64,000 nt of DNA from NCBI GenBank assembly GCA_963695875.1, contig CAVOID010000008.1:1-64000 (forward strand), read 5' to 3'. Position numbers and translations under genes: made by a program. The notes beneath the pieces were generated by a model, which saw nothing but the letters and a program-made list of their open reading frames with translations, did not search any database and had not been told where the DNA came from. The stretch is from an uncultured delta proteobacterium (GTDB lineage: Bacteria; Desulfobacterota; Syntrophia; Syntrophales; UBA2185). Positions within the stretch are counted from its first letter, which is position 1. Each line of letters begins with the position of its first letter. Positions 63,307 to 64,000 of this stretch are shown piece by piece.

Positions 63307-64000
63307 GTGGCTGCTATAATAAAACTCATAGATATTGACGAAGCCATAACTAACCTTCACTTTAAGAACAAAGATACACTTAAGTACAAACTTATCCACA
63401 CAATAAGACTGTATTATGAAGATGAAGGCTCAGCCGAGTCTCTTCAGCACATTGACACTGAAGAGCTGGTTGAGGCACTTTGGTTTGCAGGCGATGATCC
63501 TGAGTTAATCAAAAGTAAGAAAAAAAACCTGAGCAGTGTCAAGTCAAGTATCAATGCTGATTTGAAGAGACTCTATAAGGAAGGTAAGAACCCTCAAGGA
63601 GTCATTATTGGACAGAATAATATTTTTGATATGTCCGATGAGGCTAAAGACAAGGCACTTGGGACAATCGCCGATGTTCTTAGAGAAAAAGGAACTGATA
63701 CAATAGCTAAAATAGCCGAAGTTTTGAAAGCGGTAAACGAAGTATTGTCTGATTCAGGTTCCTCTTTAAATATGCAAGGTGGATCAGAAACAATTGACCG
63801 CATGAAGGGCCTCATTCTTGACCTATCTCGTAAGATCGGATTTTCAATACCGGGTGATTCAGGTCCGGAACATACTGGTGTTTCTGAGTCGGCCATGTCC
63901 GGTAATAGTGTTGGTCAGTCTAGAGCAACTCGTGTTACGGGTTACGCGAGGGAAGAGAAAATAAACGAAGTAGCTACCGGAGGGACGTACACCTCAAGGG
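63307..64000 (+). CDS. Hypothetical protein, 3'-truncated by the window edge
   Basis: GTG start after AGGAG. Frame open to the window end (MAAIIKLIDIDEAITNLHFKNKDTLKYKLIHTIRLYY...). Confidence 0.7.
   Translation, partial: MAAIIKLIDIDEAITNLHFKNKDTLKYKLIHTIRLYYEDEGSAESLQHIDTEELVEALWFAGDDPELIKSKKKNLSSVKSSINADLKRLYKEGKNPQGVIIGQNNIFDMSDEAKDKALGTIADVLREKGTDTIAKIAEVLKAVNEVLSDSGSSLNMQGGSETIDRMKGLILDLSRKIGFSIPGDSGPEHTGVSESAMSGNSVGQSRATRVTGYAREEKINEVATGGTYTSR

Noticed and set aside
63000..63400. AT-rich region plus DnaA box TTATCCACA (63392-63400) as oriC
   Set aside because: Single box inside a coding frame. Other perfect boxes (about 47192, 54082, 62246) are scattered in genes, and there is no dnaA context.

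Overview
Mostly core chromosome of an anaerobic Desulfobacterota bacterium (Syntrophales-like; this is inferred from gene content and order). The left end holds two insertion sequences. One is an IS110-family element of IS1111 type (1-1530), whose 3' non-coding region carries recognisable bridge/seekRNA guides matching its own donor junction and its flanking target. The other is an IS1202/ISNCY-type element with a 16-bp target duplication. Next come a GerMN protein, a divergent EF-G paralogue, and a GAF-GAF sigma54 activator. The activator is followed by a complete sigma54 promoter (3 UAS, IHF site, -24/-12) driving a ~540-nt structured transcript with repeated anti-SD-loop hairpins, a candidate novel sRNA. 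Further along are ychF, an orphan mdcA + SSS symporter cassette, dac-clpB-htpX-ispE-tRNA-Gln-prs-rplY-pth, rpoH, rpsF-rpsR-rplI-dnaB, tRNA-Arg, metF and a LysM amidase. A hydrogenase-less HydC/HydD/HydB-GltD operon is preceded by a DRTGG/kinase/PHP module. The rest is a PAS hybrid kinase, xerD, the kdsA-lpt-rpoN-hpf-ptsN-hprK-rapZ cluster, coaBC, UDG and nfeD-SPFH. Many genes, including normally essential ones, carry small (mostly +1) frameshifts, best explained as long-read consensus errors.
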